Shown here piece after piece: positions 20,855 through 29,735 of a DNA stretch of 64,000 nt. The stretch comes from a virus (taxonomy: Duplodnaviria > Caudoviricetes). A program made the translations under genes and the position numbers. Each line of letters opens with the position of its first letter. The stretch's first letter is position 1. The DNA is taken from the IMG/VR virus record IMGVR_UViG_3300032007_000009; one strand, 5' to 3'. The notes beneath the pieces were generated by a model, which saw only the letters and a program-made list of their open reading frames with translations, was not told where the DNA came from and ran no database searches.

Positions 20855-22516
20855 TTAAATTGTAAAATTTGAATCTGCTAATATATAATTTAATTTAGTT
20901 TCATATTTTTTACTAAGTTTTTTCATTGTAGCATTATCATTATTTGTAATGAATTCAATCATCCCATCAATATTTTTTATAAATTTATCGATTTCTTTTT
21001 CATTAATATCAAATTCAGCATCAGTTATAATAACATTTATAAGATATTCTTTTGTATGATCTTTCATATATTCTAATAATTGATGGAAAGGCATTGTTCC
21101 ACCTCCAACATTAGTTTTCTTACCAAATTGAATTTCTATCATACTAGTATCAAATGCATATATCTTAAATGTTACATCATCAACAATAGTTTCTTTAGAA
21201 TATTGTTTCTTTAATGATTCAGCTATTGTATATAATGCTTTAAATACATTATTTATTGAACTACCCATTGAACCAGATCTATCAATATAAAATGCAACAT
21301 TAATTGTAAATTTTTCTTCTTTAATTTTTCGTCCAGGTTGAATAGGTTGTCCATATTTTATAAATCCTGAACCACGTTTAACTCTTGAATATGTTGATTG
21401 ATATTCACGTTTCTTTTGAAATACTTTCTTTTTAACAAATGTATTAATAGATGAATTCATTTGTTTATTCCAACCACCTATTCCATTATTTGTATTTGTA
21501 GCTAATCCAGATTCTTTAAGTTCTACAGATTTTTTACACTTAGATATAAATGTTCCTAAATCACCACTTAATTTATTTTTATATTTTTCAATTATTTTAT
21601 CAGCCTTTTCTTTAATCTTTTTTAAATCAGCATCAGATAATTTAGCTTCTTTATGACCTTTACCTGCTTTATGTCCTTGAGCTTCTTTATTACCTTTTTG
21701 ATCGTTTCCTTGACTTTCCTTACCTTGACCTTCTTTACCTTGACCTTCTTTACCTTGACCTTCTTTACCTTGACCTTCTTTACCTTGACCTTCTTTACCT
21801 TGACCTTCTTTACCTTGACCTTCTTTACCTTGACCTTCTTTACCTTGACCTTCTTTACCTTGGCCTTCCTTACCTTGACCTTCCTTACCTTGACCATTTT
21901 GATTATTTCCTTGTTCGTCGTTTTCTTGTTCTTTATATTTAGGATCCTTTTTTATATCATCTATTTTATTTAGAAGTTTCATATATAATGTGTATTGAGT
22001 ATCGACTTTACGATCATATTTAATACCAAATTGTTCATATATATATTCTGGTGTAATTAAATTATCTGGCATATCTTTTTTACGATAATATGAAAGATAA
22101 TCATTAATTATACAATCAGATGCATAGTTTAATAATTTATGATCATATTTATCTTCACCATGTTTTTCTTTTATTTTATCACCAACTGCAAATGTATCCC
22201 AAAGCTGATGTAAACATTCATGATCATATATAAAATCCCATTGACGAATTTTTTCTCCAATACGTCCAGGACAATTTAGATATATTAAATGATCTGGTGT
22301 AGTATATGCAATACTATTATCATCAGGATGTAAAAATCTTACAAATTCAAGCATATCATAGAAGAATATATCATTATCATTATCTGCACTATCATTGATA
22401 TATTCTAATGTTTTAACTCTGAAATTTTCTTTATGATCTATTTCTGAAATTTCAATAAGACTTTCTTTTACATATTTAAAATCTTCATCATTTAAAAGTG
22501 AACTCTTTATTTCCAT
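20855..22516 (-). CDS. HExxH metallopeptidase-like + low-complexity linker + VWA domain protein (DUF2201-like MoxR partner)
   Basis: IAYTT...HECLH...NYASDCIIND; MIDAS YIDRSGSM, GGGT, IITD. Confidence 0.85.
   Translation of the reverse strand: MEIKSSLLNDEDFKYVKESLIEISEIDHKENFRVKTLEYINDSADNDNDIFFYDMLEFVRFLHPDDNSIAYTTPDHLIYLNCPGRIGEKIRQWDFIYDHECLHQLWDTFAVGDKIKEKHGEDKYDHKLLNYASDCIINDYLSYYRKKDMPDNLITPEYIYEQFGIKYDRKVDTQYTLYMKLLNKIDDIKKDPKYKEQENDEQGNNQNGQGKEGQGKEGQGKEGQGKEGQGKEGQGKEGQGKEGQGKEGQGKEGQGKEGQGKEGQGKESQGNDQKGNKEAQGHKAGKGHKEAKLSDADLKKIKEKADKIIEKYKNKLSGDLGTFISKCKKSVELKESGLATNTNNGIGGWNKQMNSSINTFVKKKVFQKKREYQSTYSRVKRGSGFIKYGQPIQPGRKIKEEKFTINVAFYIDRSGSMGSSINNVFKALYTIAESLKKQYSKETIVDDVTFKIYAFDTSMIEIQFGKKTNVGGGTMPFHQLLEYMKDHTKEYLINVIITDAEFDINEKEIDKFIKNIDGMIEFITNNDNATMKKLSKKYETKLNYILADSNFTI
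21716..21895 (-). repeat. 12 x 15-bp tandem repeat encoding (GQGKE)12
   Basis: Near-perfect GGTCAAGGTAAAGAA units. Confidence 0.97.
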
Positions 22517-22520
22517 TATA

Positions 22521-22982
22521 TTATTTACCTAAATATTTCTTTAAATTATCACGTATTCTTAATGTATATTTATCAGCTATAGAATGACGATAAGGATGAA
22601 TTTTTTTACATTTTTGTTCATAATATTGTAAAACATATTGTAAAAATTCCTTTGGTTCTTGGTCTAAATACGTTTTTAATTTTTCGTATCTACCCCATGG
22701 CATATCAAATCTACAAAAATCCCTAATATCTTTCTCATCAAATTCTTTTTTATTTTGACGGTTTTTACGTAATTTATCTAATATAACTAATTGAATATCA
22801 CGAATTTTATTAATTGTAGTATCGTATTTTACCATGTAAGGTTCTTTTTCTGATTTAGAAAATGCCATATTAACACATTCATAATCATGACGAAGTTCTT
22901 CATCAGTAAATTCCTTTTTACGAACTGTCGTATTTTTATTAATACGAAGGCCTTCTTGTATATAGTTAGTTATTTGTTTCAT
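22521..22982 (-). CDS. Tagged putative head internal protein
   Basis: MKQITNYIQE-GLRINKNT. Confidence 0.65.
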   Translation of the reverse strand: MKQITNYIQEGLRINKNTTVRKKEFTDEELRHDYECVNMAFSKSEKEPYMVKYDTTINKIRDIQLVILDKLRKNRQNKKEFDEKDIRDFCRFDMPWGRYEKLKTYLDQEPKEFLQYVLQYYEQKCKKIHPYRHSIADKYTLRIRDNLKKYLGK

Positions 22983-22983
22983 T

Positions 22984-23382
22984 TTATCCTTTTACCTTTG
23001 CTAATATTAAACCTTGTTTATTATACATTGATTTTATATAATTTTCAGTTGCTTTACTATTATCCTGATGATTAATTAAAAGAAATTCGCCTTTTATAAA
23101 TTTTTCCCAATAATAACCTGGTGAAGCTTGATAATTTCCATTGTCTAATTTTTTTAACCAATAAAATTTATCGTCATCATCTGAATCTCGTTTAATCATA
23201 ACTATTGCTTCTTCTGGAGATTCAGCATAATCATCAATAGGTTGATCTTTACCTATTGAATGATAATATTGTTCATCAGTATTTTTTATTTGAATATTTA
23301 AACCACCTTCAATATGTTTTTTTATTTTAGTATTTTTATTAATACGAAGGCCTTCTTGTATATATGATGTTATTTGTTTCAT
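22984..23382 (-). CDS. Tagged putative head internal protein
   Basis: MKQITSYIQE-GLRINKNTK. Confidence 0.65.
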   Translation of the reverse strand: MKQITSYIQEGLRINKNTKIKKHIEGGLNIQIKNTDEQYYHSIGKDQPIDDYAESPEEAIVMIKRDSDDDDKFYWLKKLDNGNYQASPGYYWEKFIKGEFLLINHQDNSKATENYIKSMYNKQGLILAKVKG

Positions 23383-23388
23383 ACAAAT

Positions 23389-23730
23389 TTATTGATATAA
23401 TTCTTTATAATAAGGTTTTAAATTAGATATTGGTTTTGATATTGTTCTATAAGATACACATCCATGTTTATAAATTTGTGAATTTTCATCCTTAATTACA
23501 AAATGTATACCATCATTAATAGCTTTATTATATTCATGAGAAAGATCAAAATCAATATAGTATGATTTTTCTCCAGAAGGATTAATATATTCTATTGTAT
23601 TTAATTGAGGTACAACACAAAACTGATAAAAATCATCATCAGTATTAAAATACATTGTATTTGATTTAATTTTCTTAAACATAAATTTATAGTTATTTCC
23701 AATTTTTAGGATGTTCAGTTTCCCATACAC
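23389..23730 (-). CDS. Hypothetical protein (true start probably downstream, at MFKKIK)
   Basis: ORF in operon context; untagged. Confidence 0.55.
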   Translation of the reverse strand: MYGKLNILKIGNNYKFMFKKIKSNTMYFNTDDDFYQFCVVPQLNTIEYINPSGEKSYYIDFDLSHEYNKAINDGIHFVIKDENSQIYKHGCVSYRTISKPISNLKPYYKELYQ

Positions 23731-24106
23731 CCCTACTTGGATTTGATAATATATTTCTTATTTTTAAATCTGTAAAAAGTTCATGATAATGTGAAGGCGT
23801 ATTTCCTTTTACTCCTTTAACAACATCTTCCTTTTTAGAAGGTCCATTATAATATAAATAACAATAGAATGAATACCAATTAACATTATTACCATATTTA
23901 GTTTTACGTTTACTATATGGATAATTTGAATTTCTATTGTTAAGTTCTTTTAATTTATCATCAATTAATTCATCTAATTCAGGAATATCACAAGTTGTAT
24001 ATAATTTAGAATCTTTTAATTCTTCATCACTATAAACATGTTTATCAAATTTAAGATTTTTATTAATTTTTAACCCTTCTTTTAAATATGTATTAATGTT
24101 TTTCAT
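23693..24106 (-). CDS. Tagged protein with probable winged-helix domain
   Basis: MKNINTYLKE-GLKINK; YLYYNGPSKKEDVV...FTDLKIRNIL...RGVWE. Confidence 0.55.
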   Translation of the reverse strand: MKNINTYLKEGLKINKNLKFDKHVYSDEELKDSKLYTTCDIPELDELIDDKLKELNNRNSNYPYSKRKTKYGNNVNWYSFYCYLYYNGPSKKEDVVKGVKGNTPSHYHELFTDLKIRNILSNPSRGVWETEHPKNWK

Positions 24107-24114
24107 AATTTAAA

Positions 24115-24429
24115 TTATACCCATTCTTCAATAGGTTTTGCTTCTAATTTTCTAGTTTTCTTATTAGGAACTATAATATTACGTTTAGATAATTTAGCAA
24201 ATTCAGTTGAATAACTAGTTACTTGTAATCCAAAATGAGATAATAAATCAACTTTAGACATAGGACCTTCATTTAATAAGTATTCCCACCATTGAGCCCA
24301 AAGATATTTTTCTCCATTCTTTTTGGTCATTTTATATTTTGCATTAGTATCGTCTACACTCATTTTTTTAAATTTTGTATCTTTACTAATGCTAAGACCT
24401 TCATCTATAAATTCAATAATGTTTCTCAT
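24115..24429 (-). CDS. Tagged protein with probable winged-helix domain
   Basis: MRNIIEFIDE-GLSISKDTK; YLLNEGPMSKVDLL...FAKLSKRNII. Confidence 0.55.
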   Translation of the reverse strand: MRNIIEFIDEGLSISKDTKFKKMSVDDTNAKYKMTKKNGEKYLWAQWWEYLLNEGPMSKVDLLSHFGLQVTSYSTEFAKLSKRNIIVPNKKTRKLEAKPIEEWV

Positions 24430-24437
24430 AATTGTTA

Positions 24438-25673
24438 TTAATCTTCTTCAGGATCTGAATATCCTTTCTTTTTCCATTCTTCATTTTTCTTAAATTTAAA
24501 TGTTATACCGTCAGCTTCAAATTTATTGATTATTCTTTCTAACATTTCAGCATTACAATCATCAGAATCTACAATTGCTCTAATATTTTCTTCAGATATT
24601 CCATATTTAACGCCGTCTTGTTCGATATATCCAAATTTCATACCTTGCTTTATGGCAGTTTTAATATTTTCATCTACCATGTTTATATCTTTTGATTTAC
24701 GACCACTTCTTCCTGATGATTCTTCTTTTTTATCATCATTTTTTGAATTCATAAAACTATATATATCGTCTGCTAATTTTTTAACATTATTTTCTTGTGT
24801 TCTAGTTAAATCTTCTTTAATTAATCCTTCAAGACGATCTAAATAATCTTCTGCATCAAAATAGTCAGTGTCACCATCTTCTTTCATTTTATAAATGAAT
24901 TTAAATATTTTTTGCTCAACTTCACGAGGATTTTCAAATACTTCTGCATTATCTTCAAATTTATCAATTAATTCTTTAGATAATTTTTCATCCCAATTTT
25001 TATGTAAATATTTAAAAGCATCTTTCCAAGAATCCCCACCAGTTTCCCAAACAATAAGTGGTTTGAAACGTGAACGTAATGGACCAGATAATTCATTAAC
25101 TGCACCATTTTCTGATTCAAAGTTACCGGCAGCGCCAACAAAGAAATTATCGAACTTACGACCACAAATTTCATGTTCTAAAACAATAGGCATAAGAGCA
25201 TTCATTACATCAGGAGCTGCCTGATTCATTTCATCAAAGAATAATAAGAATTTTTTATTAGGGTTATCTTCCATTATTTTAGCCCATGCAGGCATTGCCA
25301 TTTCTTGTACAGCACCCTTTTTACCTTGAACAGGAATAGGAATACCACCAAGGTCAGATGCAACAGCTTTATCAAGATAAACAGTAACTACATCTCTTTT
25401 AAATTTACTAGCTAAATTTTTAATAATTGATGTTTTACCCCAACCTGCTTCTCCAATAATAAAGAAATCTTCTTCAGTTTTAAACTTCATAAGAAGTCTT
25501 TTCATATTCTTACTAAGATTCTTTTTGTCTATTTCTTCGGCAGCATCATCATCTTTAGGTTCATTTACACCCCATTTTCCACCTTTTAATCCATTTTTTT
25601 CAGCTTCTTCACCCTGAACTTGTTTTAAATTAGGTTCTTTACTTTCAATAAAAAAAGAATATAAATTTTTCAT
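24438..25673 (-). CDS. MoxR-type AAA+ ATPase with N-terminal tag
   Basis: GEAGWGKT, SDLGGIP, LLFFDEMNQA, AAGN, LSGPLRSRF, NPR; begins MKNLYSFFIE. Confidence 0.88.
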   Translation of the reverse strand: MKNLYSFFIESKEPNLKQVQGEEAEKNGLKGGKWGVNEPKDDDAAEEIDKKNLSKNMKRLLMKFKTEEDFFIIGEAGWGKTSIIKNLASKFKRDVVTVYLDKAVASDLGGIPIPVQGKKGAVQEMAMPAWAKIMEDNPNKKFLLFFDEMNQAAPDVMNALMPIVLEHEICGRKFDNFFVGAAGNFESENGAVNELSGPLRSRFKPLIVWETGGDSWKDAFKYLHKNWDEKLSKELIDKFEDNAEVFENPREVEQKIFKFIYKMKEDGDTDYFDAEDYLDRLEGLIKEDLTRTQENNVKKLADDIYSFMNSKNDDKKEESSGRSGRKSKDINMVDENIKTAIKQGMKFGYIEQDGVKYGISEENIRAIVDSDDCNAEMLERIINKFEADGITFKFKKNEEWKKKGYSDPEED

Positions 25674-25760
25674 TTGTATTAATGTTTTATATTTTATATA
25701 TATATATTAAAAATAAATAATATACTTTATATAAATAAAGAATGAATGATTTAAAATCAT

Positions 25761-26219
25761 TCATTCTTCAACATCAGAGACCAATAAGAAAAATTTCATT
25801 AATTCTTCCATATCATTTACATATGTAGCTATTGCATTAGTTCCTGCTATATTTTTTACTAAGTTCATTGTTGCATCAAATGATTTAATATCGTGTTTTT
25901 TCCATTTTTTACTATATAATACAACAAATATTACTTTATTAACTGATGTACCATACATATTAGCTAAATGAGCAGAATGAATAACTTCAGCAATAGAATA
26001 TGTACCTAACATTTCTTCGGTAATAACATATAGATGAACTCCACATTTATTATTTTTTTCATCTTCTTCAATTTCTTGACATTCAGGAGTCCAATCTTCC
26101 ACTACAGGATTAAAATATGGGATTTTATGTTCTTCTAATAATGGAATCAATTTATCTCTCCATTTACTATTATTACATGTACCACCTAAAAACCATTTAT
26201 CGTTCTTATTTTTCTTCAT
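25761..26219 (-). CDS. Nucleoside 2-deoxyribosyltransferase-like protein
   Basis: FLGGTCNNSKWR...YFNPVVEDW...YSIAE; start reassigned to MKKNKND. Confidence 0.75.
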   Translation of the reverse strand: MKKNKNDKWFLGGTCNNSKWRDKLIPLLEEHKIPYFNPVVEDWTPECQEIEEDEKNNKCGVHLYVITEEMLGTYSIAEVIHSAHLANMYGTSVNKVIFVVLYSKKWKKHDIKSFDATMNLVKNIAGTNAIATYVNDMEELMKFFLLVSDVEE

Positions 26220-26226
26220 ATTAATG

Positions 26227-26409
26227 TTAACTACATATAATTGATTCACCAGGAGCAAAACCTTCATTTGTACGTTTTCCTCCACATGTAGGACATACCA
26301 AAATTGATGGAGCAATAACATTTCCACATTTTGGACATACCCACCCTTGTCCAGAATTCAAATCAATTTGTTTTCCATTATCAATAATCATATCGAATTT
26401 TTCTTCCAT
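26227..26409 (-). CDS. Small zinc-ribbon protein
   Basis: QGWVCPKCGNVIAPSILVCPTC. Confidence 0.65.
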   Translation of the reverse strand: MEEKFDMIIDNGKQIDLNSGQGWVCPKCGNVIAPSILVCPTCGGKRTNEGFAPGESIICS

Positions 26410-26610
26410 AATATTTTATTTATATTTATTTTTTATGTAATTCTCTAAATACAATATCAATACCTGTTTTAATTTTTTCTTCTTGATAATTCATACCTAA
26501 CTGTACTGCAGAAGCAATAACACTTCTTAAATTCATTGATTTATTGGAACAACTTTTATAAAGCGCTTCCATATTATTTTTTAACTCCGAATCTAACATA
26601 TTATATATTC

Positions 26611-27246
26611 TTATTTTTTAATTTTATTAAAATGTTCCGATATTCGTTTTATTTGTTCAAAACTATATTTAATTTCATCAGCAATTTTTGTTTTATCTGA
26701 TAAGAACTTAAAATCTTCTTCATATAAATGTAATGATGCAACATTCCAATATAAATAACCTGGACATATGTCATTATCCATTTCTGAAATTAGTCTATTA
26801 AGTATCATTGTAAAAATTTTACAATGCCATAATGAATCCATTGTATATTCGCAAGCATTATTTGAACGCATATTAACAATATAATCAAGTTTTTTAGTAT
26901 CTTTATGATATATAACTTGCATTCCAATTGTACATATCATATCATCATTATAATATTTATCGGGATATAACATTGCTATATATGCTTGTCTTGTGTCAGG
27001 ATCTTCTTTTATTTTATTAACAACATAATCAATTTTATCTATCATTAATGGTTCATAATTATCTATATACCATTGTTCATCAGTAACATGATGATCATGA
27101 TAAACAATATATCCAGTTTCACTTATAAAACTTGCATTAACAATTTCAATGAATTTTTGATTTGTTCGTTTATCAAACTTAAATTCTTTGTTTTGATATT
27201 TTTTCCTTAATTCTTTTTTAATATCTTCTTCAGTCAATATTTTCAT
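26611..27246 (-). CDS. dCMP hydroxymethylase-like protein (T4 gp42 / thymidylate synthase superfamily)
   Basis: EIVNASF, DPDTRQA, MICT (catalytic Cys), VNMRSN, D-x-x-W and WNVASLHLY closely parallel T4 gp42; start reassigned to MKILTEE. Confidence 0.8.
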   Translation of the reverse strand: MKILTEEDIKKELRKKYQNKEFKFDKRTNQKFIEIVNASFISETGYIVYHDHHVTDEQWYIDNYEPLMIDKIDYVVNKIKEDPDTRQAYIAMLYPDKYYNDDMICTIGMQVIYHKDTKKLDYIVNMRSNNACEYTMDSLWHCKIFTMILNRLISEMDNDICPGYLYWNVASLHLYEEDFKFLSDKTKIADEIKYSFEQIKRISEHFNKIKK

Positions 27247-28225
27247 TAGCATCAAATACTTTAATTTTTTCATTTGAATCTTTTGTCATATAAGATTCTT
27301 TAATTATGTGATCTTCTGCAATATGATATATATGATTAATAAATTTTGTCCAAAACTTACTAAATTTATTATTTAATTCTTTAATAATAGATTCATTTGA
27401 TTTTTTATTATTGTTTAACTCTCTATATACATCACAGAATTGTTCTTTATATTTTTTTGATTTTATTATATTATGATAATTTGCATAAATAGTTTTATAG
27501 TTAAAATATATTGATGTTTCAGATATATCTTTTATTGCATCTTTTATATTTTTATATTTTTTATTTTTTAATTCACCATTTAATTGTCCTATATATGCTA
27601 TTTGTTCATCTTTAAATAAATGATATATTATATCTTTACAACAATGTTTTATAAGATCTTCATTTTCTTCATGATTACTTATTATATTTGCATTTTGTTT
27701 ATTTGCTCTATTAAATAAAGAATAATCAAATCCTGATTTTTTTATATGAATATAATCATCATAAGCATGTATTAATTCATGCATAATAATTGAATATATA
27801 TTATCAACATTTGTTTTATCAAAAAATAAATTAATTTCTATAAAATCAAATTTTTTAGTATTAAAATCATATCTTATTTCATTATAATCATCATGACCAT
27901 CTGATGATATATATCCACCTTCGCCATCTTCATATTTTTTATCATATTTAATATGTAAATAACATTTATCAAAAAACTTATTTTGCATATTATCAGGAAT
28001 ACTAATAATCATATTATTATCTCCCAAATGTTCTTTCAAATAGTCAAAAATATGTTTTGTTACTTCTTTACATCCATTAAATATTCCTAATGATTCTAAT
28101 AAATTTCCATATATTAATATGGGAGAATTTTTATATCTTTCAATATTGCATTCTGTTATAATTAAACTATCAATATAATCAAAATTATAAGAATAATTTT
28201 TTATATAATTATTTAATTCTATCAT
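27230..28225 (-). CDS. HExxH zincin-like protein, paralog of 1499..2494
   Basis: IMHELIHAY; LLESLGIFNG versus IDESGGLYDG. Confidence 0.55.
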   Translation of the reverse strand: MIELNNYIKNYSYNFDYIDSLIITECNIERYKNSPILIYGNLLESLGIFNGCKEVTKHIFDYLKEHLGDNNMIISIPDNMQNKFFDKCYLHIKYDKKYEDGEGGYISSDGHDDYNEIRYDFNTKKFDFIEINLFFDKTNVDNIYSIIMHELIHAYDDYIHIKKSGFDYSLFNRANKQNANIISNHEENEDLIKHCCKDIIYHLFKDEQIAYIGQLNGELKNKKYKNIKDAIKDISETSIYFNYKTIYANYHNIIKSKKYKEQFCDVYRELNNNKKSNESIIKELNNKFSKFWTKFINHIYHIAEDHIIKESYMTKDSNEKIKVFDANENID

Positions 28226-29120
28226 AATCTGTTTTATTATCTCTATTTTTTCCTATATGGTACCCATCACAAAACAGACATTTATAATATGAAAAATGAG
28301 TATTATGTTTTGCTCCCATTTTTTCTGCCGACTTACGAGCAGTTTCAATAGTATTATACATTACTTTAGGTTTACCCGTATGTTGATTAATATGACTATT
28401 TATTGAAAATGCTCCCCATGCATTTCTAGTTATAAAGAAATTTATTATAACTCTTTTACGTTTTACTTGGTCCAAAAACCATATCCAAAAATTTCTAAAT
28501 TTTATTTTAGCCATAGTTTTTTTGTAACATTTTAATTTCTTCTGTAATAACTTTTAATTCTTCAGTATAATTAGGATCTATCCACTTAAATCTATGAACA
28601 AACAATTTACTTCGATTTTTTTTATCTATTTTACCTTCAGTATTAAATCCATAATTACACATATTAAAAATAATTTGTGTACATTCCATGTCTTTACGGG
28701 TTTCTATATGGCAATCTATAATACCAATATTGTCTGCTTGTATTTTTTGTAATTTTTTTAATACTTCATTTGGTGTCATTTTATTTCTATTTCATATATT
28801 TCAAATTCTCTATCTGGGAATTGTTTTTAAGCATCAATGCATGTATTTTAAATTTTAATTTTATGTGCATATTTTTGTAGATCATTTATATCACGTTCTT
28901 CAATAAATATTTTTGTAATTACATCACAATTTTTAATTCTATGTATTAAATCATTTTTAAATTCTTCTTCATCATCATATTCTTCAGTATATGTCCATCC
29001 GCCAATATTCCAAGGATGTTCCAAACAACTCCAAAATGAAGGGTCATCAATATTTACATAATTTTTAGGTAACCCATTATTTTCAAACATTAAATATTCA
29101 ATACAATAAATTTTCTTCAT
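28209..29120 (-). CDS. Three hypothetical genes (28209-28514 with CxxCxxxH, 28507-28779, 28848-29120)
   Basis: Overlapping or adjacent ORFs in one operon. Confidence 0.55.
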
Positions 29121-29722
29121 TATAATATTTTAGATATAATTTTGTATTTCTTTGCTTGTTCAGCAGTAATATACCAATCCTTTTTACATTTATATATCTC
29201 ATCAAGTTTATCATCAGGTATTGCAGTATTTTCTTTATAAATGTTCCACATTATTTTATGCAATCGTTTGCATTCTTCTGCATTTTCTTCAATATCTTTA
29301 ATTTTACCAAATGTTCCACCTGCTAATGTATGATACATAAATGTTGTTGAAGGATATGCAAAACGATGTTCATAATCAGCAGCTAACATTATAATTGTAC
29401 CTGCACTCATTATTTTACCAACGCAATAAATATTTACTTTATATTCATCTTTTAATGATTTTATTTCATCATATATTGATAACATATCATAAATATATCC
29501 ACCAAATGTTGATAAATAAATATTAATAGATGGACGTATAATTTGTGCTTCGATGCCAACTGACATTAATGATGCAACATTTTGATCTACAATATCATCA
29601 TCAGCACTTTTAATTTCATTTATTTTATCCACAAGAGTTTGCCACATTTCTTCGTCAACATCTCCTTTAAGATATATATTATGTATTTTAGTATCAAATG
29701 TTTTAATTGTAAATTCTGGCAT
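29120..29722 (-). CDS. clpP: ClpP-like protease
   Basis: IYLSTFGG, KIMSAG (Ser), FMYH (His), KDWYITAEQA (Asp). Confidence 0.85.
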   Translation of the reverse strand: MPEFTIKTFDTKIHNIYLKGDVDEEMWQTLVDKINEIKSADDDIVDQNVASLMSVGIEAQIIRPSINIYLSTFGGYIYDMLSIYDEIKSLKDEYKVNIYCVGKIMSAGTIIMLAADYEHRFAYPSTTFMYHTLAGGTFGKIKDIEENAEECKRLHKIMWNIYKENTAIPDDKLDEIYKCKKDWYITAEQAKKYKIISKIL

Positions 29723-29735
29723 TATATTATTTTAT

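Noticed and set aside
21716-21895. Tandem repeat as a possible CRISPR array
   Set aside because: There are no spacers and it is an in-frame coding repeat. The 34-bp duplication at 37380 also lacks a spacer.
21622-21973. ORFs with (VKKVK)n and (TLTFF)n repeats
   Set aside because: They are alternative-frame and antisense readings of the GQGKE repeat inside the VWA gene.
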